The notes under the pieces: generated by a model
The model's input: only the letters and a program-made list of their open reading frames with translations
Told to the model about the DNA's origin: nothing
Databases searched by the model: none
In this document: positions 1-9,477 of the stretch, in pieces
Position numbering within the stretch: position 1 is the first letter of the stretch
How the letters are laid out: every line of letters starts with the position of its first letter
Position numbers and translations under genes: made by a program
From: Cyanobacteria bacterium P01_D01_bin.156
GTDB lineage: Bacteria > Cyanobacteriota > Cyanobacteriia > Phormidesmidales > Phormidesmidaceae
Direction of reading: 5' to 3'
Assembly (NCBI GenBank): GCA_039024555.1
Contig: JBCCQQ010000010.1
Coordinates: forward strand, 53,013 to 117,012
DNA: 64,000 nt

Positions 1-1
1 A

Positions 2-310
2 GGACAGCACGTCAATGTCCCCATTAATCAGTGCTTCAAACGCCTCATCGGTGCGGCTGGCGTCTAGCTCCACATCCACATTGGGATACTGCTGCTCAAA
101 TCGACCTTCTAGTTCTTCGTTTGTCAGCCGCATACTGGTGGAACCATCCACCCTTAAGGTCGTACCGTCGGGCAATGACCCGGGAATTGGAAAGCTTTCG
201 GGCACTTCTCCAAAAGCTTGGGCCTGAGCCTGACGAGAAAAACTTTCACCAACGGCCTGAGACACCGTTGCCGCTATCAGACAGGTGGTCGCGAATTTGA
301 TCAAGGACAT
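2..310 (-). CDS. Partial (5' end) secreted PstS-like periplasmic binding protein; runs off the window start
   Basis: Not in the ORF track. Read manually from ATG at 310: MSLIKFATTCLIAATVSQAVG...AQAQA (signal-like), then TTLRVDGSTSMRLTNEELEGRFEQQYPNVDVEL...ALINGDIDV, typical of PBP-type-2/PstS domains. No stop before position 2. Confidence 0.75.
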   Translation of the reverse strand, partial: MSLIKFATTCLIAATVSQAVGESFSRQAQAQAFGEVPESFPIPGSLPDGTTLRVDGSTSMRLTNEELEGRFEQQYPNVDVELDASRTDEAFEALINGDIDVLS

Positions 311-444
311 TTTGCGATACACGATTTTGTTCCCAACTAAGTAGACGGCACAAGGACGATTTCAAAAGAGCGTAGAGAATGCGAGATGCACTGAATGCGA
401 CTAACAATGATTTTTATGGGTGACGGATAACTGAGATCGATTGA

Positions 445-837
445 CTAAATGGCAGTCACCGAAAGGGTTAACTCTCCACCGTGGTTTCCTGTGCTGGTAT
501 CGAAGAGCAGAGCACAGAGAGTTGCAGGTTCAAGCACCTCCAAAATCAGTTCATCGGTGTAGCCGTTAAGGGACGCCCAAGTAGCGACCACCTCAGTATC
601 CGTCTGTTTATTGATTACCTTGCCACCGTAAATCCATAGCAGGACCCAGGGTTCGGCTTGATCGCCAATACCAGTGACATAGGGCGTGTCGCCTTCTAGC
701 AGTTTGATCCGATTAGTTCCAGGTTGCAGGTTCACTGACACCCCGTTATCTTGAATCGCCGTCATCTGTTCGGGGCTCAGACGATAGCAATTGTGCTGAC
801 TGTGGACCTTGATCTCTGCAACTACACCGCTTTCCAT
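445..837 (-). CDS. Hypothetical protein (130 aa)
   Basis: ATG-started ORF with ordinary globular composition; no recognised motif. Confidence 0.7.
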   Translation of the reverse strand: MESGVVAEIKVHSQHNCYRLSPEQMTAIQDNGVSVNLQPGTNRIKLLEGDTPYVTGIGDQAEPWVLLWIYGGKVINKQTDTEVVATWASLNGYTDELILEVLEPATLCALLFDTSTGNHGGELTLSVTAI

Positions 838-1173
838 GATTCCAGCTTCCTTTGATGTCTCAGTGAAGAACTTACAGGCCCGTGCTTAAGGGTAAATAAA
901 GTTGTCTGTGGATTTGGTCAAATGTGAGTCCGTTGCTGAGCCAAATCATGATTTCTTTCTGAAAGATGCTGACATAGGGCAGACCGCACAGATTGATTCA
1001 TAAACCAGCAACGACGGGGGTAATTTCCCATTAGCAGGAGCTTATGAGAATCACCATTGTCAAACCATAGACCGAATCATTTTCTAGAATAATCTTCCTT
1101 AACAATAAAAAAGGATCGTATAGCCGTACATAAGCAAACCAGATAGATGAAATCTCCACACATCTAAAAGAGC

Positions 1174-1203
1174 AGATCGTAAGTACTAAAGATCGCATGT
1201 ACT
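1174..1203. promoter_or_regulatory. Tandem LexA-box-like sites upstream of sbcC
   Basis: AGATCGTAAGTACT (1174-1187) and AGATCGCATGTACT (1190-1203) resemble the cyanobacterial LexA consensus RGTAC-N3-DGTWCB with mismatches, 34 bp before a DNA-repair gene. Confidence 0.4.
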
Positions 1204-1237
1204 TGTTATCTTAGATGCAGGCTGTCAAGCTACATCA

Positions 1238-4225
1238 ATGATTCCGAAGCGGCTAACCCTAATTAATTTTCTGAGTTATCGAGACGTGACTCTCGATTTT
1301 TCAGGGCTGCACGTGGCTTGTATTTGCGGGGCAAACGGTGCAGGTAAGTCTTCTTTGTTGGAGGCTATGGGCTGGGTCGTGTGGGGCCACAGCCGAGTTG
1401 CCACCGATGATGATGTAATTCACTTAGGGGCCAAAGAGGTCAAAGTTGAATTTCTTTTTGAGCATCAGGGACAGGTATACCGTATCCTGCGGGGCCGGCG
1501 ACGGCGACAGGGTGGTTTTTTAGAATTTCAAATTGAGACAACTGAAGGATTTCGCAGTTTAACCCAGCGAGGGATGCGGGCAACGCAGCAACTGATTTTG
1601 CAGCATCTTAAGGTGGACTACGAAACGTTTATTCATTCAGCCTATTTGCGCCAGGGACGTGCGGATGAATTTATGCTGCGACGTCCAGGGGAGCGTAAGC
1701 AAATTTTGGCGGATTTGCTAAAGCTCAGTCAGTATGACCGCTTGGTGGAAAAGGCCCGAGACCGCTGTCGTAGCTACCAAGCTGAAATTAAGGTGCTGGA
1801 GACAGCGCTGGTCCAGGCGGAAGAAACCTTGGCCCAGCGTAGTGCGATCGCAACTCACCATCAAACCCTGCAATCCCAAACCAGTCAGCAGCAAGAACAG
1901 CAGCAGACGACCCAGCAGATTCTTGACCAGCTGCGACAGCAGCAGGGTCAATGGCAGCAGCAGCAACAAGCCCTAAGCCATATCCAGCAACGTTTGCACC
2001 ATCTACAGCAGCAGCAAAGTCAGCTGCAATCAGAATTGCTGCATTTACAGCAGCAGGGTCAAACCTTACAAACCGAGCTGGATCATGCCGTTGTGATTGA
2101 AGCGGGGTACGAACAACTACAAAAACAGCAGCAGGTAGAGATCGCCTACAGTCAGCGATTACCCCAATATCAGCAGGCCCAACAACAGCGTATGGAGCTC
2201 CTGGGTCAGCACCAGCGCGATCGCACCCATTTAGAAACGGCAATCCACCACGAAGAACGCCACCTGACATCCCTAGATGAAACCATTGCCGAACTGAAGC
2301 ACGGTCAGCATCAGCGGGAAACCGTGGAAGTCACCCTGCAGCAGCTCCACCAGGCCCGGCGACAGTTGCGCAATCTGGATCAGCGTCAGGTGGAGATAGC
2401 TCCTCTGCAACAGCGTCGTCAGCAGGTGCACACCCAGCTTAAGCAGGCATCTGCCCGGTTAGAGGCTCGTCTAGAAGCCATTAGCCAAACTCAGGCCACC
2501 TTAGCAGTGGAGCATCCGCCGGACCTACCCAAAACCTTGGCTGAAGTGCAGCATCAGCTTGTCTATCTGGAGCAGCGACGGGCTTACCAGGCTCAGGTAA
2601 GGCAAAAGGGACAGGAACGTCGAGACTTTATGGCCCTTTTGCAGACAGAGCAGCGTCAGTGTGAAGAACAGCTAGTGCAAGTGGACCAGAGGTTAGAACT
2701 TTTGAATCAGCCGGATGCCCACTGTCCCCTATGTGAACAACCTCTGACAGACCATGGTCCCCAGGTTTTAGAGCAGCTAAATCAGGAACGAGAAACACTC
2801 CAGCAACGCATCTGGGGGATTCGGGAACAGCTCACTACCTCAGAGCGAGAGATTCAGGTACTGCGCCAGGAGTATCGTCAGCTGGAGACAGAATTGGAAC
2901 AGTACAGCCAAGTTCTACAGGAGCACGGCGCTCTACAGTCTCAACTGTCCGCCGCTGCCGAAGCCCAAACCCGGCTGCAGGCCCTAGAGCAGGAGCGCAA
3001 CCATCTGGAGCAATGTTTAGATTCAGAAGACTATGGAACAGAGCTACAGCAGGAATATCAACAGCTAAAACAGCAAATTGCTCAGCTAGCCTATGATGAA
3101 CGAGACCATGCCCTGGCTCGTAACCAGGTAGAGAAGCTGCGCTGGGCAGAATTTAAACAAGCAGAACTGGTTCAGGCTGAAAGACAATTGGACCAGCTAC
3201 AGGAAAAACGACGGTTGGCGGAGCAAGCCTTGTGTGAGTTAAAAACTCGACTGCTGCAGTTTGAGCAACCGCCTGACGACCTGTTGGCCCTGGATAAAAC
3301 GCTGGCGGCCCTGGACTACGATCCTGAAGAACACCAGCGGCTACGGCAGCAGTTGCAAGCACTCTCCCAATGGCAGCTGCGCTATCAAACGTTGCAACAG
3401 GCTCGGGCCACCTTGCCAACGTTAGACGAACGACGGCAGACGTTACTGCAAGCCCAGGCAGAGTATCAGCAGGAATGTCAACAGCTCCAGACCCAGCTGG
3501 ATGCCATTAATGCTGACCTGCTACCAAATGTTAGTGAAAAAATTCAGGATTTGGAGATTACCCTGGCCCAGCTACAGGTTCAGCGTGAAGCACAACTGAG
3601 TCGGCTGGGGCGGTTGGAGCAGCAGCTCACTCAGTTAGATAGCTTGCAGCAGCAAACCGACGAACAGCGGCAACAACTGCATCAATATCGTCATCAGTTC
3701 AAGGTGTACCAGGAGCTACAGCAAGCCTTTGGGAAAAATGGCATCCAGGCGCTGATGATTGAAAACCTGCTGCCCCAGCTAGAGGCGGAAACAAATCAGA
3801 TTTTGGGACGCCTCAGCGCGCACCAGCTCCATGTGCAGTTTGTGACCCAGCGTTCGGGGCGTACTGACCGTAAGAGGCTGATCGATACGTTAGATATTCT
3901 GGTGGCGGATACCCAGGGCACCCGAGCCTATGAGACTTACTCTGGCGGTGAAGCATTTCGGGTCAACTTTGCAATTCGCCTGGCCCTAGCACGGCTGCTG
4001 GCCCAGCGGTCTGGACTGGCACTGCAGATGCTGATTATTGATGAGGGGTTTGGCACCCAAGATAAGGCAGGATGCGATCGCTTAGTGGCCGCGATTAATG
4101 CGATCGCTCCAGACTTTGCCTGTATTTTGTCCGTTACTCACATGCCCCACTTTCGTGAAGCATTTCAGACCCGTATTGATGTTACAAAAACTGAAATGGG
4201 CTCCCAGGTAAGAATATCGGGCTAG
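1238..4225 (+). CDS. sbcC: SbcC/Rad50-family SMC-like ATPase (exonuclease SbcCD subunit C)
   Basis: Walker A GANGAGKS, long Q/E/L-rich coiled coil, central zinc hook CPLC, signature YSGGE, Walker B LIIDEGFG, VTH switch. Confidence 0.95.
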   Translation: MIPKRLTLINFLSYRDVTLDFSGLHVACICGANGAGKSSLLEAMGWVVWGHSRVATDDDVIHLGAKEVKVEFLFEHQGQVYRILRGRRRRQGGFLEFQIETTEGFRSLTQRGMRATQQLILQHLKVDYETFIHSAYLRQGRADEFMLRRPGERKQILADLLKLSQYDRLVEKARDRCRSYQAEIKVLETALVQAEETLAQRSAIATHHQTLQSQTSQQQEQQQTTQQILDQLRQQQGQWQQQQQALSHIQQRLHHLQQQQSQLQSELLHLQQQGQTLQTELDHAVVIEAGYEQLQKQQQVEIAYSQRLPQYQQAQQQRMELLGQHQRDRTHLETAIHHEERHLTSLDETIAELKHGQHQRETVEVTLQQLHQARRQLRNLDQRQVEIAPLQQRRQQVHTQLKQASARLEARLEAISQTQATLAVEHPPDLPKTLAEVQHQLVYLEQRRAYQAQVRQKGQERRDFMALLQTEQRQCEEQLVQVDQRLELLNQPDAHCPLCEQPLTDHGPQVLEQLNQERETLQQRIWGIREQLTTSEREIQVLRQEYRQLETELEQYSQVLQEHGALQSQLSAAAEAQTRLQALEQERNHLEQCLDSEDYGTELQQEYQQLKQQIAQLAYDERDHALARNQVEKLRWAEFKQAELVQAERQLDQLQEKRRLAEQALCELKTRLLQFEQPPDDLLALDKTLAALDYDPEEHQRLRQQLQALSQWQLRYQTLQQARATLPTLDERRQTLLQAQAEYQQECQQLQTQLDAINADLLPNVSEKIQDLEITLAQLQVQREAQLSRLGRLEQQLTQLDSLQQQTDEQRQQLHQYRHQFKVYQELQQAFGKNGIQALMIENLLPQLEAETNQILGRLSAHQLHVQFVTQRSGRTDRKRLIDTLDILVADTQGTRAYETYSGGEAFRVNFAIRLALARLLAQRSGLALQMLIIDEGFGTQDKAGCDRLVAAINAIAPDFACILSVTHMPHFREAFQTRIDVTKTEMGSQVRISG
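2217..2224. repeat. HIP1 octamer GCGATCGC (representative copy; recurs across the window, e.g. 4074, 4100)
   Basis: Exact palindrome seen many times; HIP1 over-representation is a known cyanobacterial genome signature. Confidence 0.9.
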
Positions 4226-4605
4226 ATAGTAAGCGATAGGGGCAATTAAGGTATGTGTGGTTTCGTCACAGATATGACATAAAATAACCACAGGTTTTCG
4301 TGATTTTGTAGTCTATGTAACAGCCTCGTTGACCACGTAAGTTCCAGTTTGCCAAATTGTTGTTCCGAGAAAACAGATTTTTGGCAATTGTGGCGATGAG
4401 GCCTTTAATTTTTAGAGAATGAGAATATTTGTCGCTGACAGAGAGCCAGCACTGGTTCTGTTAAAGAAAAAATATGACCGAGTGATTCGAGAGTGCGACA
4501 GCCAGTATTGCGAACATCTCAGGTGGATCTTTAACCATCCTAATGTCTAGGTAACTTAGTTCAATCGCTCGGTACCCTAGGCGATGCAGTCCGCCATAGC
4601 ATTTT

Positions 4606-6042
4606 ATGCAAGTCCAAACACCCGACTGGGTTAAGCATGCCGTCTTCTACCAAATTTTTCCCGATCGCTTTGCCCGTACCCAGCGGCAGCCTTTACCCCC
4701 AGCTATGCATGTCCCTCTAGAGGCGTGGGATGCACCACCTACGTTGGAGGGCTATAAGGGCGGTGATCTGTGGGGAGTGGCAGAAAACTTAGACTATCTG
4801 AAAGACCTAGGGGTAAATGCCATTTACTTTACCCCCATTTTTCAGTCCGCCAGTAACCACCGTTATCACACCCACGACTACTACCAGGTAGATCCGTTGC
4901 TGGGGGGCAATGAAGCCTTTGCCGATTTGTTGAAAGCGGCCCACCAAAGAGAGATTAAAGTTGTTCTCGATGGGGTGTTTAACCATGCCAGTCGGGGCTT
5001 CTTTTTCTTTAACGATATTCTCGAAAATGGGCCTAGCTCCCCCTGGCTTGACTGGTTCAAGATAGAAGGCTGGCCCCTGTCTGCCTACGATGGAGCAAAA
5101 CCCGCCAACTATGAGAGCTGGTGGGACAATCGAGCCCTGCCGGAGTTTAACCACGACAATCCCCAGGTGCGGGAATACATTATGCAAATAGCCGAGTACT
5201 GGCTGCGTCAGGGAATTGACGGCTGGCGGCTGGATGTTCCCTTCGACGTTAAAGCAGATGGATTCTGGCAAGAGTTCCGAGAACGGGTAAAGGCCGTTAA
5301 CCCAGAAGCCTACATTGTGGGAGAGATTTGGACCGATGCTCGACAGTGGTTGGATGGTACTCAGTTTGACGGGGTGATGAACTATCTGTTTACTGGACCC
5401 GCTCTAGCGTTTACGGCCAAAGACAACGTAGTTATGAAACTGGTGGAGCAGCCGGCCTATTTTCCCTATCCTGCTTTAGATGCCCAGGGCTATGGGACAA
5501 AGATAGATGAGTTGTTGGCATTGTATCCGTGGGAGATTCAACTGACCCAGCTAAATCTGTTGTCTAGCCACGATGTTGCCCGTGCCCTAACGGTTATCAG
5601 TGACGATCAGACTAGTTTTGAGCTAGCCGTGCTGTTGCAGATGACCTTTCCAGGTGCTCCCAGTATCTACTACGGTGACGAAGTGGGGGTGGCGGGTGCC
5701 CACGATCCAGACTGTCGTCGTGGCTTTCCCGCAAGTGCTCAGTGGAATCAAGAACTACTCACACTCCACAAGGAACTGATTGCCCTACGTCACGCTCACC
5801 CGGCTTTACGCACAGGCCGTTATAAAACGGTTGTAGCGGAGGGCGATACCTATGGCTTTGTCCGTAGTGAAGGGGGTGAAGCCTTACTGATTGTTATTAA
5901 TACGGGTGAAACTGCACATCAGATTACGCTCTCGGATATGGAGTTAACCCCCCGCTTACTTTGGGGAACCGCTACTATTGACGCGGCTAATCATCGCCTT
6001 GAGGTGCCACCACGGGCAGGGGCCATCCTCATTGAGGACTAA
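4606..6042 (+). CDS. nplT: Glycoside hydrolase family 13, neopullulanase/cyclomaltodextrinase-like
   Basis: TPDWVKHAVFYQIFPDRF, DGVFNH (region I), GWRLDV (catalytic D), GEIW (catalytic E), SHDV (region IV). Confidence 0.9.
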   Translation: MQVQTPDWVKHAVFYQIFPDRFARTQRQPLPPAMHVPLEAWDAPPTLEGYKGGDLWGVAENLDYLKDLGVNAIYFTPIFQSASNHRYHTHDYYQVDPLLGGNEAFADLLKAAHQREIKVVLDGVFNHASRGFFFFNDILENGPSSPWLDWFKIEGWPLSAYDGAKPANYESWWDNRALPEFNHDNPQVREYIMQIAEYWLRQGIDGWRLDVPFDVKADGFWQEFRERVKAVNPEAYIVGEIWTDARQWLDGTQFDGVMNYLFTGPALAFTAKDNVVMKLVEQPAYFPYPALDAQGYGTKIDELLALYPWEIQLTQLNLLSSHDVARALTVISDDQTSFELAVLLQMTFPGAPSIYYGDEVGVAGAHDPDCRRGFPASAQWNQELLTLHKELIALRHAHPALRTGRYKTVVAEGDTYGFVRSEGGEALLIVINTGETAHQITLSDMELTPRLLWGTATIDAANHRLEVPPRAGAILIED

Positions 6043-6060
6043 TGGTAGTTATTAATGGGG

Positions 6061-6699
6061 TCAGTTACTTTGTAGCAGCCAAACATTTTCTGTGGCGGCA
6101 CATTTTCCTTTAAGACCACCAGGCACCTGATTGCTGTTTAACAGATTTAATGTATAGCCGTTGTCATAGTGGTGGCAAACTTCCTCAGCGCTAATGGAAA
6201 ATGGTGGGCCTTGCATTACGGTTTGGTCGTATTCGTAGCTGACGAGTAGCTGTGGTGCCGTAGCCGTAATCTCCATGAGATGGGTAGTATATCGAGGACG
6301 TATCTCCTGGGGCAAGGCCACTAAAGCCGCTCTGTCGTAAATGGCATTGATGGAACCCAACATCGTGCTAGACAGATCAAAAATATTACCGACAAAGATG
6401 TCGATATTTTCTGCGCTATAGCGTTTGAGTTTGCCAGTATCTGAAATGGTTGGCTCTACGTCAAGTTCTTGAAATAGCTGTTCAATGGCTATTTCGATTA
6501 ATTCAGCTCCGGCAACCCGATAGCCACGGGATAAGAGCCAAGCAATGTCGAGGGTTTTGCCACAAAGCGGTACAAATACGCGGGCGCCCTCACTTAAAGC
6601 AAGCTTTTCGAAGTGATTGACCAATAGAGGATTTGCTTTACTTCTGTGGAACGCAATTTGATTTTGCTCCCACTTTTGACGCCAAAAACCTGTGTCCAT
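6061..6699 (-). CDS. tpm: Thiopurine S-methyltransferase
   Basis: FW..KW...I.FH N-terminus, RVFVPLCGK, YDRAALVALP, GPPFS motifs. Confidence 0.92.
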   Translation of the reverse strand: MDTGFWRQKWEQNQIAFHRSKANPLLVNHFEKLALSEGARVFVPLCGKTLDIAWLLSRGYRVAGAELIEIAIEQLFQELDVEPTISDTGKLKRYSAENIDIFVGNIFDLSSTMLGSINAIYDRAALVALPQEIRPRYTTHLMEITATAPQLLVSYEYDQTVMQGPPFSISAEEVCHHYDNGYTLNLLNSNQVPGGLKGKCAATENVWLLQSN

Positions 6700-6882
6700 A
6701 CTATTTGGGGCGTTGCCGACCGTTTGGATGATTTAATCCATCACATTCCGAGGATCGAATAGTTTTGTGGATCGCTCCATCCGTCAAGGCAGCAACGATT
6801 TATAGAATCTTGTTCTTTACCTGACCATTATGGACGATGTTTAGACCGTTTTGCCTGGTTCCGGCTGAACGATACAATCTCG

Positions 6883-7584
6883 ATGCAGGTGCCCCTCAAG
6901 AAACCAATGGCTGAACCCTCTAGTCCCAATCATGCTGTATTTAGTGAACAGACACTTCAACAGATGATGCAGCGGGCCAATATTTCTAGCCAACGGGCTT
7001 TGGCTGAGCAGGCAGGGGTTTCTCGCTGGCAGGTGCAACAGCTACGCCAAGGCAACATTGATACGATGCGGTTAGCGGTTCTCAAAAAACTAGCGTTGGC
7101 GTTGGAGTGTGCCTTGTCTGAGTTATTAGACGCATTTGATTCAACCTCAACAGGGTTAGAAAAGACGACTGGAGACCCTAGTGAACAAAATGAAGTAACT
7201 CTCCTGCGACAGGAATATGCTCGCTTGGAACAACGGTTAGAACAACAAAGCCAGAGTCTAAAGACACAATTTCAAGCGGAGTCGTTGCAAGTATTGGAGT
7301 CTTGGCTAACCTATTGGCCTACAGCTGCTAAAGCTGCTGCCGAGCGCGATGGGTTTGATGCAAAAAAGCTATTGCCGCTGGTAAAACCTGTTGAGCGCCT
7401 GATGGAAACTTGGGATGTTATATCTATTGGTACGGTGGGTGAACAACTTCCCTATGATCCACAACAGCACCAGTTGGCCAGAGGGGTGGCCCAATCTGGT
7501 GAGCTGGTGCGTATTAGTCATGTAGGGTACCGTCACAGAGACAATCTGCTGCAGCGGACCAAAGTAGTCCCGATTACTCCTTAA
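6883..7584 (+). CDS. XRE-type HTH protein with coiled coil and GrpE-like C-terminal domain
   Basis: N-terminal SQRALAEQAGVSRWQVQQL (HTH); C-terminal IGTVGEQLPYDPQQHQL...VRISHVGYRHRDNLLQRTKV resembles the GrpE head. Confidence 0.75.
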   Translation: MQVPLKKPMAEPSSPNHAVFSEQTLQQMMQRANISSQRALAEQAGVSRWQVQQLRQGNIDTMRLAVLKKLALALECALSELLDAFDSTSTGLEKTTGDPSEQNEVTLLRQEYARLEQRLEQQSQSLKTQFQAESLQVLESWLTYWPTAAKAAAERDGFDAKKLLPLVKPVERLMETWDVISIGTVGEQLPYDPQQHQLARGVAQSGELVRISHVGYRHRDNLLQRTKVVPITP

Positions 7585-7924
7585 AAGAACACTCCACGGT
7601 GATTTGTAAGTTCGCTTCAGCACTGCCCTCTGTAATATAGGGAATACCTGCAGAACCAGCGATTTTAAGACCAAATTCCAGATTTACCTTATCTACATTG
7701 CCACTGCCTAATTCTTGGAAAGCATTGAGGACATATCGGGTGTATTGGGTAATGGTGTTTTTTACGGTGGGTAGCTGCTGTTGTATTGCCGATGAAGCGG
7801 AGCCCTTTGACACCCGCCCAGACTCACCACTGGTGCTTGGAGCTGTTGGTACATCATTACGATCCACAGCCTCAATATAGATCGTGGTGCCGTCGTCTAA
7901 GGTAATCGGTGCAAGTTGAGTCAT
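7574..7924 (-). CDS. CU044_2847 / Trypco1-like small protein
   Basis: LDDGTTIYIEA N-terminus and VNLEFGLKIAGSAGIPYITEGSAEANLQITV C-terminus match my recollection of the trypsin-co-occurring domain 1 family. Confidence 0.75.
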   Translation of the reverse strand: MTQLAPITLDDGTTIYIEAVDRNDVPTAPSTSGESGRVSKGSASSAIQQQLPTVKNTITQYTRYVLNAFQELGSGNVDKVNLEFGLKIAGSAGIPYITEGSAEANLQITVECSFKE

Positions 7925-8041
7925 TGTTTGTACTTAAGTAGATGCTGTTCTTTCTATACCCAGTTTGAAAGACTCACTATCGTTGATATGAAAATGCAGT
8001 GGGTGAAGTTAGTCAGCTTTTAGACCATTTGCTTAACCATT

Positions 8042-8060
8042 ATTGAAAATATTTATTAAT
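8042..8060. promoter_or_regulatory. Fur-box-like 19-mer upstream of fur
   Basis: ATTGAAAATATTTATTAAT; a second candidate AATAAGAATGAGTATCGAT lies at 8253-8271. Confidence 0.45.
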
Positions 8061-8362
8061 TACCCTGTAGACGTGATTGCAAGTGACTGAATATACTTAT
8101 TGGGAGCTATAGCTAACTATAAAATCTTAGTAGCGTTGGTTTATGGCTCTATATTTAATAGATATGGTGTTTAGAACTATTGATGTGAAACGGTGTTACT
8201 AACTTTGAAAGGCTGAATTAGTGTATGCGCTCCCTATCTAATGCCGTTTATAAATAAGAATGAGTATCGATTTAACTAATGTAATCCGTACATCGATAGG
8301 CCGGTACATAGCCCCAACGGTATGGCCCAAGGCACTTCGAATCTGTTTCAAGAAAACACGCC

Positions 8363-8821
8363 ATGTCGTTCTATTCAGATGATGTCTGGAAAGCTGAGCT
8401 CAATTCTCGTGGTTATCGCTCCACACCCCAGCGTCAGAAAATTCTCAACATTTTCCAAACTCTAAGCCAGGGCAACCATTTGAGTGCTGAAGAACTCCAT
8501 GAGCTGCTTAGGCGTGACGGCGAACGTATCAGCCTTTCAACGGTTTATCGCACATTGCATCTATTGGTATACATGGGACTGCTTAGAGAACTCGAATTTG
8601 CCGAAGGGCATAAGCATTACGAACTCAACCGTCCACTACGGGATCACCACCATCACCTAGTGTGTGTTCAATGTGGGCAAACCACAGAGTTTAGTGAAAA
8701 TAATATTGACCGCATTAGCCAAGGCCATGCCGATAGTTCCGGCTATCACGTGCTGGATTGTCAGCTGATGTTGTATGGCGTCTGCCCCAGCTGTCGCTCG
8801 CGCAGTGCAGCGTCAGGTTAG
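8363..8821 (+). CDS. fur: Ferric uptake regulator, FurA-like
   Basis: TPQRQKIL, HLSAEEL, LSTVYRTL, EGHKHYEL, HHHHLVCVQC, C-terminal CPSC. Confidence 0.92.
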   Translation: MSFYSDDVWKAELNSRGYRSTPQRQKILNIFQTLSQGNHLSAEELHELLRRDGERISLSTVYRTLHLLVYMGLLRELEFAEGHKHYELNRPLRDHHHHLVCVQCGQTTEFSENNIDRISQGHADSSGYHVLDCQLMLYGVCPSCRSRSAASG

Positions 8822-8881
8822 ACAGTTTGTCAGGATTAATTTCTATTTAACGTAAGAAAATCTAGTCCACACTTTAAGGTT

Positions 8882-9422
8882 ATTGATATAGATCTGCAAT
8901 AACCTGATCCATAGCCATAGAAATAAATCAATGGCTACGGATATAAGAACAAATATCAATAGAGACTTTTTTAAGGACGTAGGTGATTTTTGGCATTACT
9001 TAGCAACTGTACAGGTATATTGTCTTGTGTTGCTAAGACTCAATAGTAGTATTTTATGTGCATTGACAGGGCTAAGTTTTCCTAAACCTCTTTATTTCCA
9101 GTGATCTAAAAGATTCTACTTAGCATTTCATGGACTCAAACGGATTATTTTTATTAGCTATTGATGTCAATAAGCTTTTATGGGATAATTCTGCGTGTTC
9201 TGTAAAATTACTGATAATTAGACCTAATAATGATTTTGCTTTGCGATAGGGACTGTTTGTAGGCAGTTCAATGTTGCCTGGTCAAAGTTCAGGACAATGG
9301 TCTATTTCGGTGGTTTTTGGTGAATGCCAAATCAGATCGAACGGTACTTTTTCGAATCGCTCTACTGTCTAGTTTCCATTTTTAGAAAAAATTTTCCGAT
9401 GGAAATGAAAATAGCTTCTAAT
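8882..9422. promoter_or_regulatory. Several Fur-box-like sites in the fur-futA intergenic region
   Basis: ATTGATATAGATCTGCAAT (8882-8900), TATAAGAACAAATATCAAT (8942-8960), ACTGATAATTAGACCTAAT (9210-9228), AATGAAAATAGCTTCTAAT (9404-9422). The region is AT-rich, so some matches may be chance. Confidence 0.45.
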
Positions 9423-9477
9423 AGGCTGGATTGTTTTGACATAGTGCGGCAGTAGTCAACCAGAAGGATCGGAATCT

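Noticed and set aside
15..300. Two plus-strand ORFs at the window start
   Set aside because: The minus-strand frame encodes a recognisable PstS-like protein; these are shadows.
1850..2070. CAG-rich stretch in sbcC as a microsatellite or contingency locus
   Set aside because: Imperfect Gln-codon runs in a coiled coil, in frame, not a pure tract.
4580..4615. GGCGATGCAGTCCGCC (and GGCGATGAGGCC at about 4392) resembling a fluoride riboswitch 5' end
   Set aside because: The downstream pseudoknot partner (..TRATG + complement) is absent, and the downstream gene is a glycoside hydrolase.
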